Assembly (NCBI GenBank): GCA_039621445.1
Contig: CP154954.1
Coordinates: 24,068,954 to 24,132,953, forward strand
Origin: Euglena gracilis
Taxonomy: Eukaryota
DNA length: 64,000 nt
Direction: 5' to 3'
Shown: one piece after another, positions 43,540 through 56,000 of the stretch
How positions within the stretch are numbered: position 1 is the first letter of the stretch
Layout: each line of letters starts with the position of its first letter
Notes under the pieces: generated by a model
The model's database searches: none
What the model was told of the DNA's origin: nothing
Seen by the model: the letters and a program-made list of their open reading frames with translations, nothing else
Position numbers and translations under genes: made by a program

Positions 43540-44831
43540 GGCTCATTGCGGGAAATTGGCCGTGGAACTTTTGGTGGTCGCTGGCGACCGGTCGCTAGCC
43601 ATGGTCGCTAGCGGCCGTTGGTCACGGTCAACCGACCATTGGTAGTCGGAGCGACCGGTCGCTAGCGACCACCCAAATTTCGACCCCCCCCCCCTCCAGA
43701 AAATTCGGGCCAGGAGGGGGGTGGGACACCCCCCCTCCCCCACCTAAACAGTGGCGCGGTCTGGGTGACCGAAAATTTTTGACCCCCCAAAAACGACCAA
43801 AAGTGCCATTTTGGGCACTTTTTGGCAAAAATGTGCCAAAAATGCAAAAAAAATTCGGCGCAAAGCGCGAAGGAAAAAATTGACCCTTTCAGGGGGGGGG
43901 TCCGGACCCCCCCCCCCCCCACCTGTCCTTATATCGAACCCTGCCCCCCCCCCATTGGGATGTAATACAAAACCCCCGTTGTACTGCAAAACGATGCTAC
44001 CAGGGCCAGACGCTCATGTAATGCCACGCGCACCGTAAACAAAACCGTCCCAAGGCGCCTTCGGCGCCCTTGGTCATCTAGCGGGGGGGGGCCCCCCCCC
44101 CCGCACCCCCCCCCCGCCCTCCAATAACAAAATCCCCTCCGGGGGGTAACCGACCCAGGGCCAGGCGCGCATGTAATGCCACGCGCACCGTAAACAAAAC
44201 AGTTCCAAGGCGCCTTCGGCGCCCTTGGTCGTCTAGCGGGGGGGGCGGGCCCCCCCCCCCCGCCCCCCCCCCCCCCGCCCTCCAATAACAAAATCCCCTC
44301 TGGGGGGAGTAACCGACCCAGGGCCAGGCGTGCATGTACCCTCACCCCCCCCTCCAGGCACCATGGGGCCCCAAAACGGCCACTCTGGGGGAGGGGACAC
44401 TTTGGGGGGGGGGAAAATTTTGGGCTTTGGCGCCAAACGAAAAGGGCCACTTTGAGGGGGGGTGTAAAGCAAATTTGACAAAAAAATTTGGCCACTCTGA
44501 GGGGGGGGTGAGGGTAATGCCACCCACCCCCCCACCCCCACCCCCCCCCCCCACCCCCCCCCCCCGCCTTCCAATGACAAAGTAACGTAAACATTGTAAA
44601 AGCAGAAAAAGGAACTTTTCATATAAAATTTCATGGCTTTCTCTGGGGGAAATTTTTCCTTCACAGGGGGGGGGGGGGCTTAAAAATTTTCTGAGAGGGG
44701 GGGGGTCGAATTTTTGGTGGTCGCTAGCGACCGGTCGCTCCGACCACCAACGGTCGCCAGAATTCGGTCGCTAGCGACCATGGTCGCTAGCGACCACCAA
44801 AAGTTCCATGGCCAATTTCCCGCTCGGAGCC
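43540..44831. mobile_element. Mutator-like non-autonomous element
   Basis: 9-bp TSD TGTTTCAAC (43531-43539 / 44832-44840); long TIRs ggctc...gcgggaaattggcc.tggaacttttggtggtcgct; ggtcgctagcgacc palindromic repeats. Confidence 0.82.
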
Positions 44832-45267
44832 TGTTTCAACAACCCCACCTTTTATTGAAGCGGAAATGCCATTACCACAAAAGCCGATGGACCTTAAAAT
44901 TTGTCCCATTCCAACCTTTCCCAAATGAGTTGCATTCAAGCCCTTTTGGGCTGTTTTCTCAAATGCAATTGGCGGTCAATGGACAATAAAACTCCACAAC
45001 CAACATGTGGTGTTGGGAAAAGTCAAAGGAGTTCTTGGACTTTTCCAAATGCCAAATTCTGGTTGTGGATGATTTTGAGTTCCTCTCTGTCTGAGGAGAG
45101 AATTCTCATGGGTGATTCCGACTTCTTTTGAAGTCATTGGTTTTGAGGCAGTGGGAAAGGGGGGGGCTTCCCCTTCTTATGAATCCGCTTATGACTTATG
45201 TGTTCACATATTTGTGCATTTTTTGTGCGAATAAGTAGTTTGTGTGCTTTACAGAGTGCATGTGTCT

Positions 45268-45660
45268 GTAAACCCCCCCCAAATAATAAACCCCCCCAGT
45301 TTATTATTTGGACACCTGAAGTCAGGGTCCAGGGGGGGGTTTATTATTTGGGGGGGGGTTTATTATTTGGGCAAAATTTTCGAAGGCAAAAATCGGCCCG
45401 AAAACCCCTCCACAGGCTCCAATGGTCACTTTTTTGGCATTTTTGGGCTTTTTTGAAAATTGGGTGCTTTTTTGGCACATTTTCTGCACCAATTTTTTCC
45501 ATTTTTGTGATTTTTTGGCAACATTTCTGTCAATTTTTGACTCTTTTTTTCTTTGGCTTCCCACCTGCTGGAGGGGGGGTTTATTATTTGGGCGGCCGAA
45601 GTCGGTCCTCGGGGGGGTTTATTATTTGGGGGGGGGTTATTATTTGGGGGGGGTTTATTA
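45268..45660. mobile_element. MITE family with aaaccccccc(c)aaataa ends; related copies at ~50207-50400, ~54820-55140 and ~62266-62370
   Basis: Inverted ccccccaaataataaacccccc / ggggggtttattatttgggggg motifs; boundaries approximate. Confidence 0.55.
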
Positions 45661-45795
45661 TTGTTCCTGCACGTGCTGACAATTCGAAACTTGCTGCAGA
45701 GAAATTCTTACAAAATTGAAATTTATAATTGTCAAAGGGCCCAAATATTTTGGGTTCAAGTGGTGCGTTGGTGGATGTGTTGTACATTGTACAAG

Positions 45796-47133
45796 CAGGG
45801 GCAGGGAGATATTCCGGTCCGGAATAAACCGGAATAAACCGGAATAGCGAAAACCGGAATAAACCGGAATAAACCGGAATAACCGGAATAAAAGTGCCAG
45901 CCAATGCCTTGAAAATTTTCTGCAAGACAAAGGCAATGAAGGTGAAGTTTGACATATTTTCAGGTTTCAAAACCACAAGAGCAACAAAGAGCGCAAGTGT
46001 AGCACAATTGGCTCTTGTTATCAGGAGCACACCTTCACTTTGCCTATTTCTCCCCCTGGTTGAATGCATTTTTTGTTTGGATTTTATCCCCCTTGTGGGG
46101 GGGGCTGTGCTTAGGGAATGTTTTCTTCCTGAGTTCCAAAGGGATATGAACCAGGACAATATCAACTCCAATTTTTGGGGCAGGAATCCCATTAAGCAAA
46201 GCGATGCATCCTTCAATCAGGGGGTAATAACACTCTTAGGCGGCCTGACTTGCATTTAAGTTTTGATTTTTGCATTGCGCTTAAGTGCAACGTTGCATTC
46301 TTTTTGAAACCCGGGGTTTCACCCTTTTGGCCCCTGAGGTTCCGTGGGGACCCTCCACGGTGACACGTGCATCATTTGCGTTCTTGGGACCCAGGAAACA
46401 GGCTCTTTTGGTGTTTTTAAGCCTGTGCTCCATTTTAAAGGGTTCAAAACCCCGGGTCTGAACGCCGGGCCACGTGAATTTCCCAAGCTTTAACTGTGTT
46501 CCCCAGATGGTGCTACACAGGCCAGGGGAATTTTGGCCTGTTATGTTGTTGTTTTTTAGACTCTGCGATCTTTCCATGAAGGTTTGCCAGCTGAGGTGTC
46601 CGCTTCGGCGCACAGTTTTAGACCAAGGACAGTGTTGTGGGCCAAAGTTTTAGGGGGGATTCTGGTTTATTCCGGTCAATTTCTGTCTGAATGGACTTAG
46701 GATTTTTTTGAAATGCAATTGGGCCGAGGCGCTCACCCGGGCTTCAGGAATAGGGATGCATTCCTTGGTTGCCCCGTCCAGCCAAGTGGTCACTTCGCAC
46801 TTGGTGATGCGGGTCTGCACACCACAGTAGACCCTGGCCTTTTCAGGAAAAACAAGCTAATGAAAATTGGGTCAACATGTGTTTTCATTGAGCATCTGTG
46901 AATTGCGCACGCTGCATAATGAAAACGCAAGAGTTATATTGCGCCACGGCACAATATAAATACAATTTTTTATGTCAAGAACTGTGTTTGGGCTGAGTTA
47001 AGGGGAGCCCAGGGGTGGGGACCACAGCGCCTTTGCCCCTTCGGCGCAAAAAAATTCCGGAATAAACCGGAATAAACCGGAATAAAACACCGGAATAAAA
47101 TTTTCGGCCGACCGGAATATCTCCCTGCCCCTG
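45796..47133. mobile_element. CAGGG-terminated non-autonomous TIR element
   Basis: 24-bp perfect TIR caggggcagggagatattccggtc; subterminal (ccggaataaa)n. No intact TSD. Confidence 0.7.
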
Positions 47134-47498
47134 ATTTAAGGTTCCACATCCTTTCCCATGCACGTTAGATGCCTTTGCAGCACCAGTGCCTAAAACGTGT
47201 ACCCATTTCCAAGTGCCAAGGGTCCTGGGAGTCCCGGGAGTTGTAATTGCCAGATGTGACGAAAAAAAACGAGGATTAGGGGCAAAGTTAACCAGGTCAA
47301 GGCACGAAAATTTGTAGCAGGGCCGGGGGGGTGAAAGGTTCCTGGCCTGGGGGCAGAAATTAGTAAGGTTAGCCATAAACGAGGAGGGGGGCTTGTCCCG
47401 GACCCCCTCTCTTGGAAAAAACCTGACGCAAACACGAAGCACCAGAAATTTTTTTTGCTGGGGTCGGTGAGGAATTGTGTGGTCCAGAGTCTGTTGCC

Positions 47499-47663
47499 AA
47501 GCTGAAGAATTATCAGCTGCTCTCCCTGGATGAACAAGAGAAGGATATTGATATGGACGTCCAGGCACCCCAAATGGACATTGTTTACCCAGAGTATTCT
47601 CCTCAGGGCGCTGTTCCAACACCTGTTGTCCAGTACCCCACCTACACCCCTGTTATTGACTAG
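47499..47663 (+). CDS. Exon 3 of the tetraspan protein (acidic, Pro/Tyr-rich cytoplasmic tail)
   Basis: KLKNYQLLSLDEQEKDIDMDVQAPQMDIVYPEYSPQGAVPTPVVQYPTYTPVID*. Total CDS 370+221+165 = 756 nt. Confidence 0.72.
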   Translation, partial: KLKNYQLLSLDEQEKDIDMDVQAPQMDIVYPEYSPQGAVPTPVVQYPTYTPVID

Positions 47664-48328
47664 TATGTGTGCTTTTGCATTGTGTTGAAGCGGGTGTTTC
47701 TCTGGGGTGGCTGAAAGTTCAGAAGGCAAATTCCTGGGTCCCCTCAAAAATAACCCTGGGGGGGTCCCGGGCCAGTGTGGGTTTTGGCGCGAAGCACTGA
47801 AAAATCTTTGGGAAATGGCCTTAGACGGCCGATTTGGGGGGGGGGACCCGGGGGGGGGTCCCACGCCGGGCTGGGGTGGGTTTGACCCTCCCCCGGTTCT
47901 TAAAGCCCGGGTCTTGAAGCCTGCAGGGGGGGGGACTGCAGGTCCCCCCGCCCCCTCCCCATTTCTCTTTCGCCATTCCTGTGTGTCAATATCTCAACGC
48001 GATGAAGTCCTGATTTTTGGCAGACTATTTTTCAATATTCAATGCAACAGTCAATTTAACACAACGTTTTACAATACGCTTTTTTTTGAGTGAATGAATC
48101 CAATCCTACTGCAGCTCAATTGGCAAGGCGTCTGTTTTCTGAAACAAATGTTTTGGAATCTGTTTGTTTTCATTGGTCTGATTTTTTTGGCAGTTGTGTT
48201 CAACTGTTCAATCAGAAAATATTTCACATTAATTTGCAACCCATTTGTAATGTGCTTGATGATTCTTCCTAATTGTTTTCAATGGTGCGTTGTGTTTTGG
48301 GGAGGGGACAAAATTTGGTCAAAAATAA

Positions 48329-50003
48329 GTGCCTGTTGGGGTTCAAACCGGGGCCAGCAAATGTGGAATCCTAAGTTTTGGTTACCTTAGCCTCCGGGGA
48401 GCCTCCGCGGAAGCCTCTGTGGAGGCTGGTTACCTTGGAGCCTCCGCGGAGGCTGGTAACCTTGGAGCGTCCGCGGAGGCTCCTCGGAGGGAACCACTGT
48501 TGTACAACCACTGTTGTACACAGGCCATGTCTGAAAATAGGAAAAATATTTTTACGGGTTGACGCCAATCTCCCTCCACACCCCTTCCTCCTGTTCCCCA
48601 CACTACTGCCCAGAGGAAGAGGAATTTTATTTTAATTTTTTCTCCCCCATCTCCACAAAAAAAACATTTTCCCCCATTTTTGCTGTGTATCCCCCAAAAA
48701 ATTTAAATTTTTTTAGACTCCAACACTGCCCACATCGCCACAAAGAACAAAGCTTTTCGCCCTCTCACACGCACCCATCCCCTCCATTTTCCACAAAAAG
48801 CGATTTCCATTGATGTGGTACAGACCGTTCACCCATTTTGCCGTTTACGCCATGTCCGCCAAACTTGTTGAAAACCATTCATCCATTTGATACAAAAACG
48901 CCATGTCCGCCTGATTTTGCTTTTACCGTTTACCGATTTGCTATTGACGCCATGTCCGCCAAACTTGTTGAAAACCATTATCCATTTGCTACAAAAACGC
49001 CATGTCCGCCTGATTTTTGCTTTTACTGTTTACCCGTTTGCTATTTACGTCATGTCCGCCAAACTTTGTCCACACAAAAGGATGTTGTCATTGGGGAGCG
49101 GGGGAGGGGGGCAGGGGGGAGAGGGGAAGGGGGGAGAGGGGGGGGGCGCGGGTGGGGGGGGGGAGGGGGCCGCAGGCCCCCTCCCCCCCCGGCAAGCACA
49201 AATGGACTCCACTTTGGGTGTCACCTGACCTTTTTTTTTTTTGCAACATCACATCCATGCTGACGTGCAGTTTGCTACCATCACCCCCCAAGTGACTGTT
49301 GGTTCACCTGGTGAAAACATTCAGTGCAATCCAGGATTAAAAGTTGTGGCAAATCCCAGTGGGATCACAATCTCAGGTACAATTTTGGCCTCTGGATAAT
49401 TTAGGTATTATTCTGGCTGAATAAATTCATTTTCGGTTTTGTTTAAGCTCAATGTTGCCTCCCAAAGTCCGTGAATTTCTTTACGTCTGTTAGTCTGGGA
49501 ATTAGTCCGTGAAGTAGTCCGTGAATGATTTTCCCCTCTGTGCAAATGGGCAGCAGATGATCTGCCACTGAGTGCAGTCACCGTGTTTGACATTGAAGAA
49601 TGTTTCTCTTTATAATACAAAAAAACAAACAAACAAACAAAAAAATTCCTGTTCAGTTGTATGTTCCCAACATGCTCCTGCAAAATTGGTTACCTTGGCC
49701 TCCGAGGAGCCTCCTCGGAGCCTCTGCGGAGGCTGGTTACCTTGGAGCCTCCGCGGAGGCTGGTTACCTTGGAGCCTCCGCGGAGGCTGGTCACCTTAGC
49801 CTCCGCAGAGGCTGGTTACCTTAGCCTCCGAGGAGCCTCCACAGAGGCTGGTTACCTTGAGCCTCCGCGGAGGCTCCGCGGTGCCTCCCCGGAGCCTCCT
49901 CGGAGGCAACCAAAAAGTTAGGATTCCACTTTTGCGGTAGACCCGTTCAAACCCAGGTTTTCCGCGTGACGGACAGAAGCTCTATCCACTGAGCCACAGT
50001 CAC
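48329..50003 (-). pseudogene. tRNA-like sequence (tRNA pseudogene or SINE head, Asp-like GTC loop) split by a Mutator-like insertion: 50003-49954 + 48349-48329
   Basis: Rejoined 71 nt: gtgactg tggctcagtgg atagagc ttctgtccgtcacgcgga aaac ctgggtttgaacccc aa caggcac, with A box, B box and an imperfect acceptor stem. Confidence 0.5.
48350..49944. mobile_element. Mutator-like non-autonomous element
   Basis: 9-bp TSD GTTCAAACC (48341-48349 / 49945-49953); TIR core gcaaa.gtggaatcctaa; subterminal gagcctccgcggaggctggttacctt repeats (related motifs at ~50065-50180 and ~63630-63730). Internal cgccatgtccgcc repeats at 48845-49065. Confidence 0.8.
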
Positions 50004-53000
50004 CTGCTTCTTCCACGTTTCTACTGAAATTTCTCTAACATAATTCTAAACGCCGTGACAAATTGGTCACCTGAGGCTCCGGGAATTCCCCCAGAGGCTG
50101 GTGACCCTTCCTGGAGCATCCCGGAGCCTCTATCCAGGTAACCTCCTCGGCAGGATTCCATTTTTGCGGCAGACCCGGGTTATCCAGCCATTCCTCTCAT
50201 TGTGAGTAAACCCCCCAAATAACACCCCCCCCCCCCGGTGTGTTATTTGGGCACCCGAACTGGGGGTCCAAGGAGGGGTGTGTTATTTGGGGGGGGGGGT
50301 TATTTTTACAGGGAAACCCAAAGGAAAACAGGGGGGGGGGGTTCTTTGGGCGCTCGAAATCGGCCCTAGAGGGGGGGGGGGGTTATTTGGGGGGGTTTAG
50401 TCCCCCCAAGGGAAATTATCGCCATTGAACGAACTCAGCATTGATCAAAGCCTGGAAACTACATTTAAATATCAAACCTGTCATTCAATGGTTTCATTTT
50501 ATTCTCAGATGGAGAAGATGGGAGCATTCACTGGTTGTTTTATGGGCAACAGCGACGATTCGAACCGGATGCTTCTGCGAAATTCACATTGCATTGGACA
50601 GGCATTATGCCATTCTTTTTGCGAAGTGAGTTCCTGCTGTCCAAATCTGCAAGGACGTGTCTCTCACAGACAACAAACAAACAAACACAACCAGCCACAA
50701 GAGATTTCTGTTTCATTTCTTTCTTCTGCTTCTTTTTTGAAAGTGGAATGTGCCACCCGACTTTCCCAGGTTTTGAGAAAAGGAGGGAGTCACGGCTTTG
50801 GATGAGGGGTTCGGACGATACCAGTGCGTCTGACCCTGGGTGATTGACTGGTGTTTTTTGTGGTCACTCTGCTGGTAGGTGGGGGTTGACCCCCACCTGG
50901 GTGATGGGTCAACCTCCTCCCCCACACAGCTTTCCCAACAGCCCTGTCCTGGGGGAAGGACAGAAAGGAAGGGGCGAAAGTGGTGAACCGGTGCCAAAGG
51001 CGCTGGGATTTTCTTTGGGACAGATTCATCTAACACCCATGACCCCCCCCACCGGGGGTGGGTGGGCTTTTGAGAGGGGGGGGGGTTTCGGGTTGCTTTG
51101 TGGGTCAGAACACCGGGGGGGGGTGAGGGGTCCCTGGCCACTCACCACGCAGCAAACTGGGCCAGAAGCGAAGTTAGCGCCGGCCATAAACAGACAAGAA
51201 GCCTTAGTGCAACTAAGGGGGGGGGGGAGGGGTCCGGGTCCGGGCCAGAGGTCCAAGTATGGTTTTTGGCGCAAAGCGCCGAAAATTTTCTGGGGAAGTG
51301 CCCAAATGGAGGGGGGTCCTCCATGGGAAACCTGGGACCAGGGTTCGATATATGGTTCCCCCACCCCCTCCTGGACTGGAATGGGGTTCCCCCCACCTGC
51401 AGGGAATTTCTTAAAGACCCCCCGGGAGGGTCCAGCCTATCCATCAAAATGTCGAGAAGGCAAAAATGGTTTAGAAAATTTTGTTTTTCATCGACCCAGC
51501 CCAGCCCCCCCCCCCAGCCCCGGACCGCGTTTCCAGCCAGCAGCCTTTTTGCCAGCCGGTGGAGTTGGATCAAGGCTGGGGGGCTGTGATGGAGGAAGCT
51601 GTGATGAGGGGAAGAAATGCAGGGATAGGTGAGCTGGGCAGCCCAGTTGGCTCGCCAGCCTGCAGCCGGCTGGCCCGGCCTCCGAGTAAAATAAAGTTGT
51701 GTCCAGCCCGGCCTCCAGCTGGGCTGGACCCAATTTTATTTCACTCGACCCCCGGGGGGGGGGCTCCCAGTCGGAGTTTGGGCTGCTGGCTGGATTTGAG
51801 CTGCTGGCTGGCTGGACCCCCCCCCTCCGGGGATAGGGTACCCTCCGGCTTAAGAAATTCCCTGCCCACCTGCCTTTGCTTTGAACCCTGCCTGGCACCC
51901 CCCAAGAAAGTTCTTTTTGATGCAGTGTGCCAAACATTTTGAGCAATGTGGCAAATTTCTTTTTCAAAATGTGCCCGAAATTGCATTTTGGGTCAATATT
52001 GTGCAAAAAGTTTGGGCCATGCCACTGTTTTGGTTGGGGGTGGCAGGGTTTGGCGTAAGGAGTAAGGCAAAATTCTTAAGGTTTTTATGGTGTTTTTAAA
52101 GGTTTTTTTGAAGGGGTTTTTAGACATTTCAAAAAATTTAAGTACTTTTATGGCGTCTATTTTCCAAGGGCGGCCAAAGAGCCATCCAGGCATTGAACCA
52201 ATGTTGGTCCTTTTTGAGTTTTTGGGGGGATAGACAGTGTTTCAGCGGTGCAGAAATCCTTGATTGTTTTTGCCGAGATTTTTCAAGTTCTTTTTTTGCT
52301 CAAAATTCGAACGTTTGTCGTGGACGAATTATTTTATGGTTTTTTAAATTTTTAAGGCCTTTTGGTCAAATTTTTTTTGAGGGTTTTTGAGGGTTTTTGA
52401 TGGCGCCTTAAAAATAATGCCTGCCTCCCACCTGCCAAGGGGAATCCTCGGAAGACACCCCCCAGGGGGGCAGAACGGGAATTGGCCACCCCCCCCCCCC
52501 CACCAGGCCACCATACCGGGCAAGAGGCCCAGGTTCGGGTTTCCCATCGGCGCGAAGCGCTGGAAAGTTTTTGGTAAATGCCTTTGAACGGCCCGATTTT
52601 GGGAGGGGGATCCTGTCTTAAAAAGAAAAGAAAAGAGGTCTTAAAAACAAAGCCTGGTCCGGCTCGACCCGGGACCGGTTGGGGGTCACCAGGACTCTCC
52701 AAAGGGCAGAGCCTCCTCTGTGCTTGCTCATCCAGAAAATGTTTTGATAAAATTCACAATTTTTTTTTGGGATTTTCAGCTTGTTATTACACAAAGTGAA
52801 ACCCGTGGAGGCCTGGCGCTTCACACAAGTCCAAAAAATCGGTCATCTGATGTTTGGCTGAGGGGGGGGGGTGTCCGGGAACCCCGATAGAACCAAATTT
52901 TTTTCTTCCCCAGCGCTTTGCGCTGGCAGACTTATGTTTTTATTATCTGTTTTGTCAATTTGGAGAAAAGGCCACCTGGAAAGGCAATTCTGGGCACTTG

Positions 53001-56000
53001 TTGAAGCCCCTCAAAATATTTTTTTCCAGCGCTTTGAGCTTTTTTTTTTCACCCAGGGGGCAGGGGGGGGTCGACCCCCCCCCCAGATCCAGGACCACCC
53101 CCCTCCCCCTCCCCCTTACCCTGCAGGTGTCCCGGACCTGTCTTCCTTCCCCCAACCGGGCTTAATTTTAAGGCGTGGCCACCCGGGGGGGTTCCTGGCG
53201 GGGGCTTTTTTTTTAAGCTGGAGGGGACCCCGCCCCCGGGTTCGCCGGGCTGGACCGAAAAAAATTTCGGCGCAAAGCGCCGAAAATTTTGGAAAGAAAG
53301 GGGCCAAAAATGACCAAAAATGCCCCCAGGGGGGGGGGGGCAGCCAGCATCTTTTTTTCCAGTTGGCACCTTTTTCCAGCTGGCCCGAGGGATTCCCCCC
53401 CTGGCACCTTAAGAAAATCTCTGGTTTTTGGGCAGGCACTCCAAGGCACCAAGGCACCAAGATCTGGCCCCCGGGGGAGGCCACATAGCAAAGTCGGCCC
53501 AGGCACTTCCGGTGCCGAAGGTGCTGGAAGCCCAGAAATGGCACGTATGTGTATTTAGGCATTTGAAGCAATGCCACCTGTGATGACCAGAGGTGTTTCC
53601 TGCTGCAAAATCAAAAGATTCTACAATTGGGGCCCAATTTTTCTGCAAATGCAATTTCTTGGCCAAAAAGTCCCAAAATAACAAAAAAAATCAAAATTGT
53701 TTGATCTTTTGGCCAATGAATAAATAAATTGAATGTTTTTGAATGAGCACGTTCCAAAAATTCATCCAAAAATACATCAAATCATGATCAAAACGTTGAA
53801 AATTCGTATTTTTTTCCTCGCAAAATTGGGTGCAAAATGCATGCAAATTTTTTTGTTGTTTTGTGCATTTTTTTCCACAAGAAAGGACAAATGCATTTCA
53901 AAAAAAAACACCATATCGAAACATGCACATATGTTGCATAAACTGTAATGCTGCATGTTGAGAAAAAATCGCTGGAGTTTTTTTTTTGGAAGTCTTGCAC
54001 ATCCCAGCATTTCCTGAAGGAATTCACATTGCGCGGCTTTGTGTTTATTTGCGAATTTGCATTTACGCTTTTTTTTGTTTTTTTGCGTCGCTTTTTTCTT
54101 GGGTCTACGTTGTCCCTCCCCCCTGCTCTGAGCGATATTCAAATCTTCCTGAAACTGTAGATGATATAGAGTGCCGGAAAATCAATACAAATCATTTGTT
54201 GTGGAAAAAAGGTTAAATAAATGCCCAAAAGGGCCCAACCCAGACAATTCTTCGCAGTCTGAAAGAGTCACGGAAAATCATTAATGACAATCAGGAATGA
54301 ATCAGAATGTCATTCCAAGGTGTTGCAGGAAAGCATTTCTCTCCATAAACTCCAAACTAATTTGAGTTGTACAATACAAGTGAAGCACTGTCTTCTGCTG
54401 CATGTCTCTTTTGGCAATATTGAATGTTTTTCTGGGTTTGATAGGAGGACAGCAAGTGGCTTGGTTTTTTTTTGAATTCACGATTGAGGTGACCCATCGT
54501 TGCCTGCCAAGAGCAAAGACAGTCACTGTGTCTAAAGAGAGTCGTTGTGTCTAAATTTGATGGCAGTTGTGGAAGATCCCCTCCGGCCCTGAATTCTCAT
54601 TTTGCACGTGACAAAAATGGTGATTCAGGGCTCAGTGCAGGGCAGCTTGGCCAAAGTAGTTGTTATGGGCAACAGCTTTTGATGGTCTGCACCATGCTGT
54701 GGAGAAGCACGGCTGTACGGGAATCCCCAACCCTGTCAGTGGTGGGTGAGGGGATTGTCCCACCACCATCCTGCTGGGTAGGGGGGGGCCCCCCCCCCCC
54801 CCCCGCCAGACCTTCCCGTAAACCCCCCCGCAAAATAAGACCCGGGTCTTATTTTTTGGGTCCGTTGCTGGAAACCTCCAGGGGGGGTCTTACTCTGGGG
54901 GGGGTCTTATTATTGGATTTTTTCTTGACCGACCAGGGCCTGAAAAAACAGCATTTTTCAGGTTCCCAAAAATATTAAATTTTTTTCTTTTGGCGTTTCG
55001 CGCCATGTGCAAATTGGCGTAAGTTGACATTTAGCATGTTTTCACCGTCTTCGGCGCTTCGCGCCGTCAGGGGGGGTCTTATTTTTGGATTTTTGCTCGA
55101 TCGGCCCAGGGGGGTCTTATTTTGGGGGGGGGTTATTTACTTTTGGCGTCGAAGGAATTTTTCCTCGTGGTGCGTGAGGGGGTCAATCCCCTCACCAGGC
55201 TTTTCTGCACAGCCCTGTGGACAAGTGCCCCCCATTTGTATTTTTAAAATTGTTTGTCGTTCATCCTGGCTTTGGTTTGTTGGCAATTTTGGTTGTGTTT
55301 TCAGGCAGTGCCAGGGGGAAAGATTTTTTTTCGTGACCCCGGGGGGGTGTCCGAACTGAGTTTTCTTCTTTTCAATGCTTGAAATTTTTGACCCAAAATG
55401 GACTTGGGGTGGGTGGGTCGGTCCAGACTACCATGTGTGGGGGGGGTGACTTGGTTTTCTGATGACTTTTTTGGCCAATGGTGGATTGGGGTGGGTGGGT
55501 CTGGCCAGCCAACCATTGGATTTTGAGACTACCCCCCACCCCGGGGGGGGGGGGGGGGTGACTGATTGGTTTTTTCACAGTGATTGACTGGTTTTCTGAA
55601 AGACCCCCCCCCCCGGCCGGGGGGTGGGGTTGAAAAATGAAAAGTGGCTGGCCTGGGGGCGCGGGAAATTTTTTGTGAGACGGCAAAAGTTTTTTGCAAA
55701 AGAGTGGCTCCGGGGGGGGGCGTGATTCCTTTTTTGGGAAAAAGTGGTTTTTTTTCCAGTACCCCCCCCCCCTCAGGCATTTGGGTTGCAGTACCCCCCC
55801 CCCCCTTGCCTATTTCTAATGACCCCCCCCCCGCTCTTAGCTTTGGGCCCCAAAAATCCCCTGCGCGCTTTTTATTTTTTTTTGGAAAAAATCCCCAGCC
55901 CCTGCTGGTTTTCCCCCCACAGCCAAAAAATTTTTCCTCCGGACCCCCCCCTGACCCCCCCCCCCATTTAGTTTTTCCAGTCTATTGGCTAGCTAGCCAA

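Larger units (their letters stand above)
41455..47498 (+). other. Euglenid-type non-conventional intron 2 (6,044 bp, filled with MITEs)
   Basis: |GAT CAG GGGCTGGAGCAC ... GTGGTCCAGAGT CTG TTGCC|A. Ends pair (cag/ctg, ctgga/tccag, cac/gtg); phase-0 join is in frame. Confidence 0.72.
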
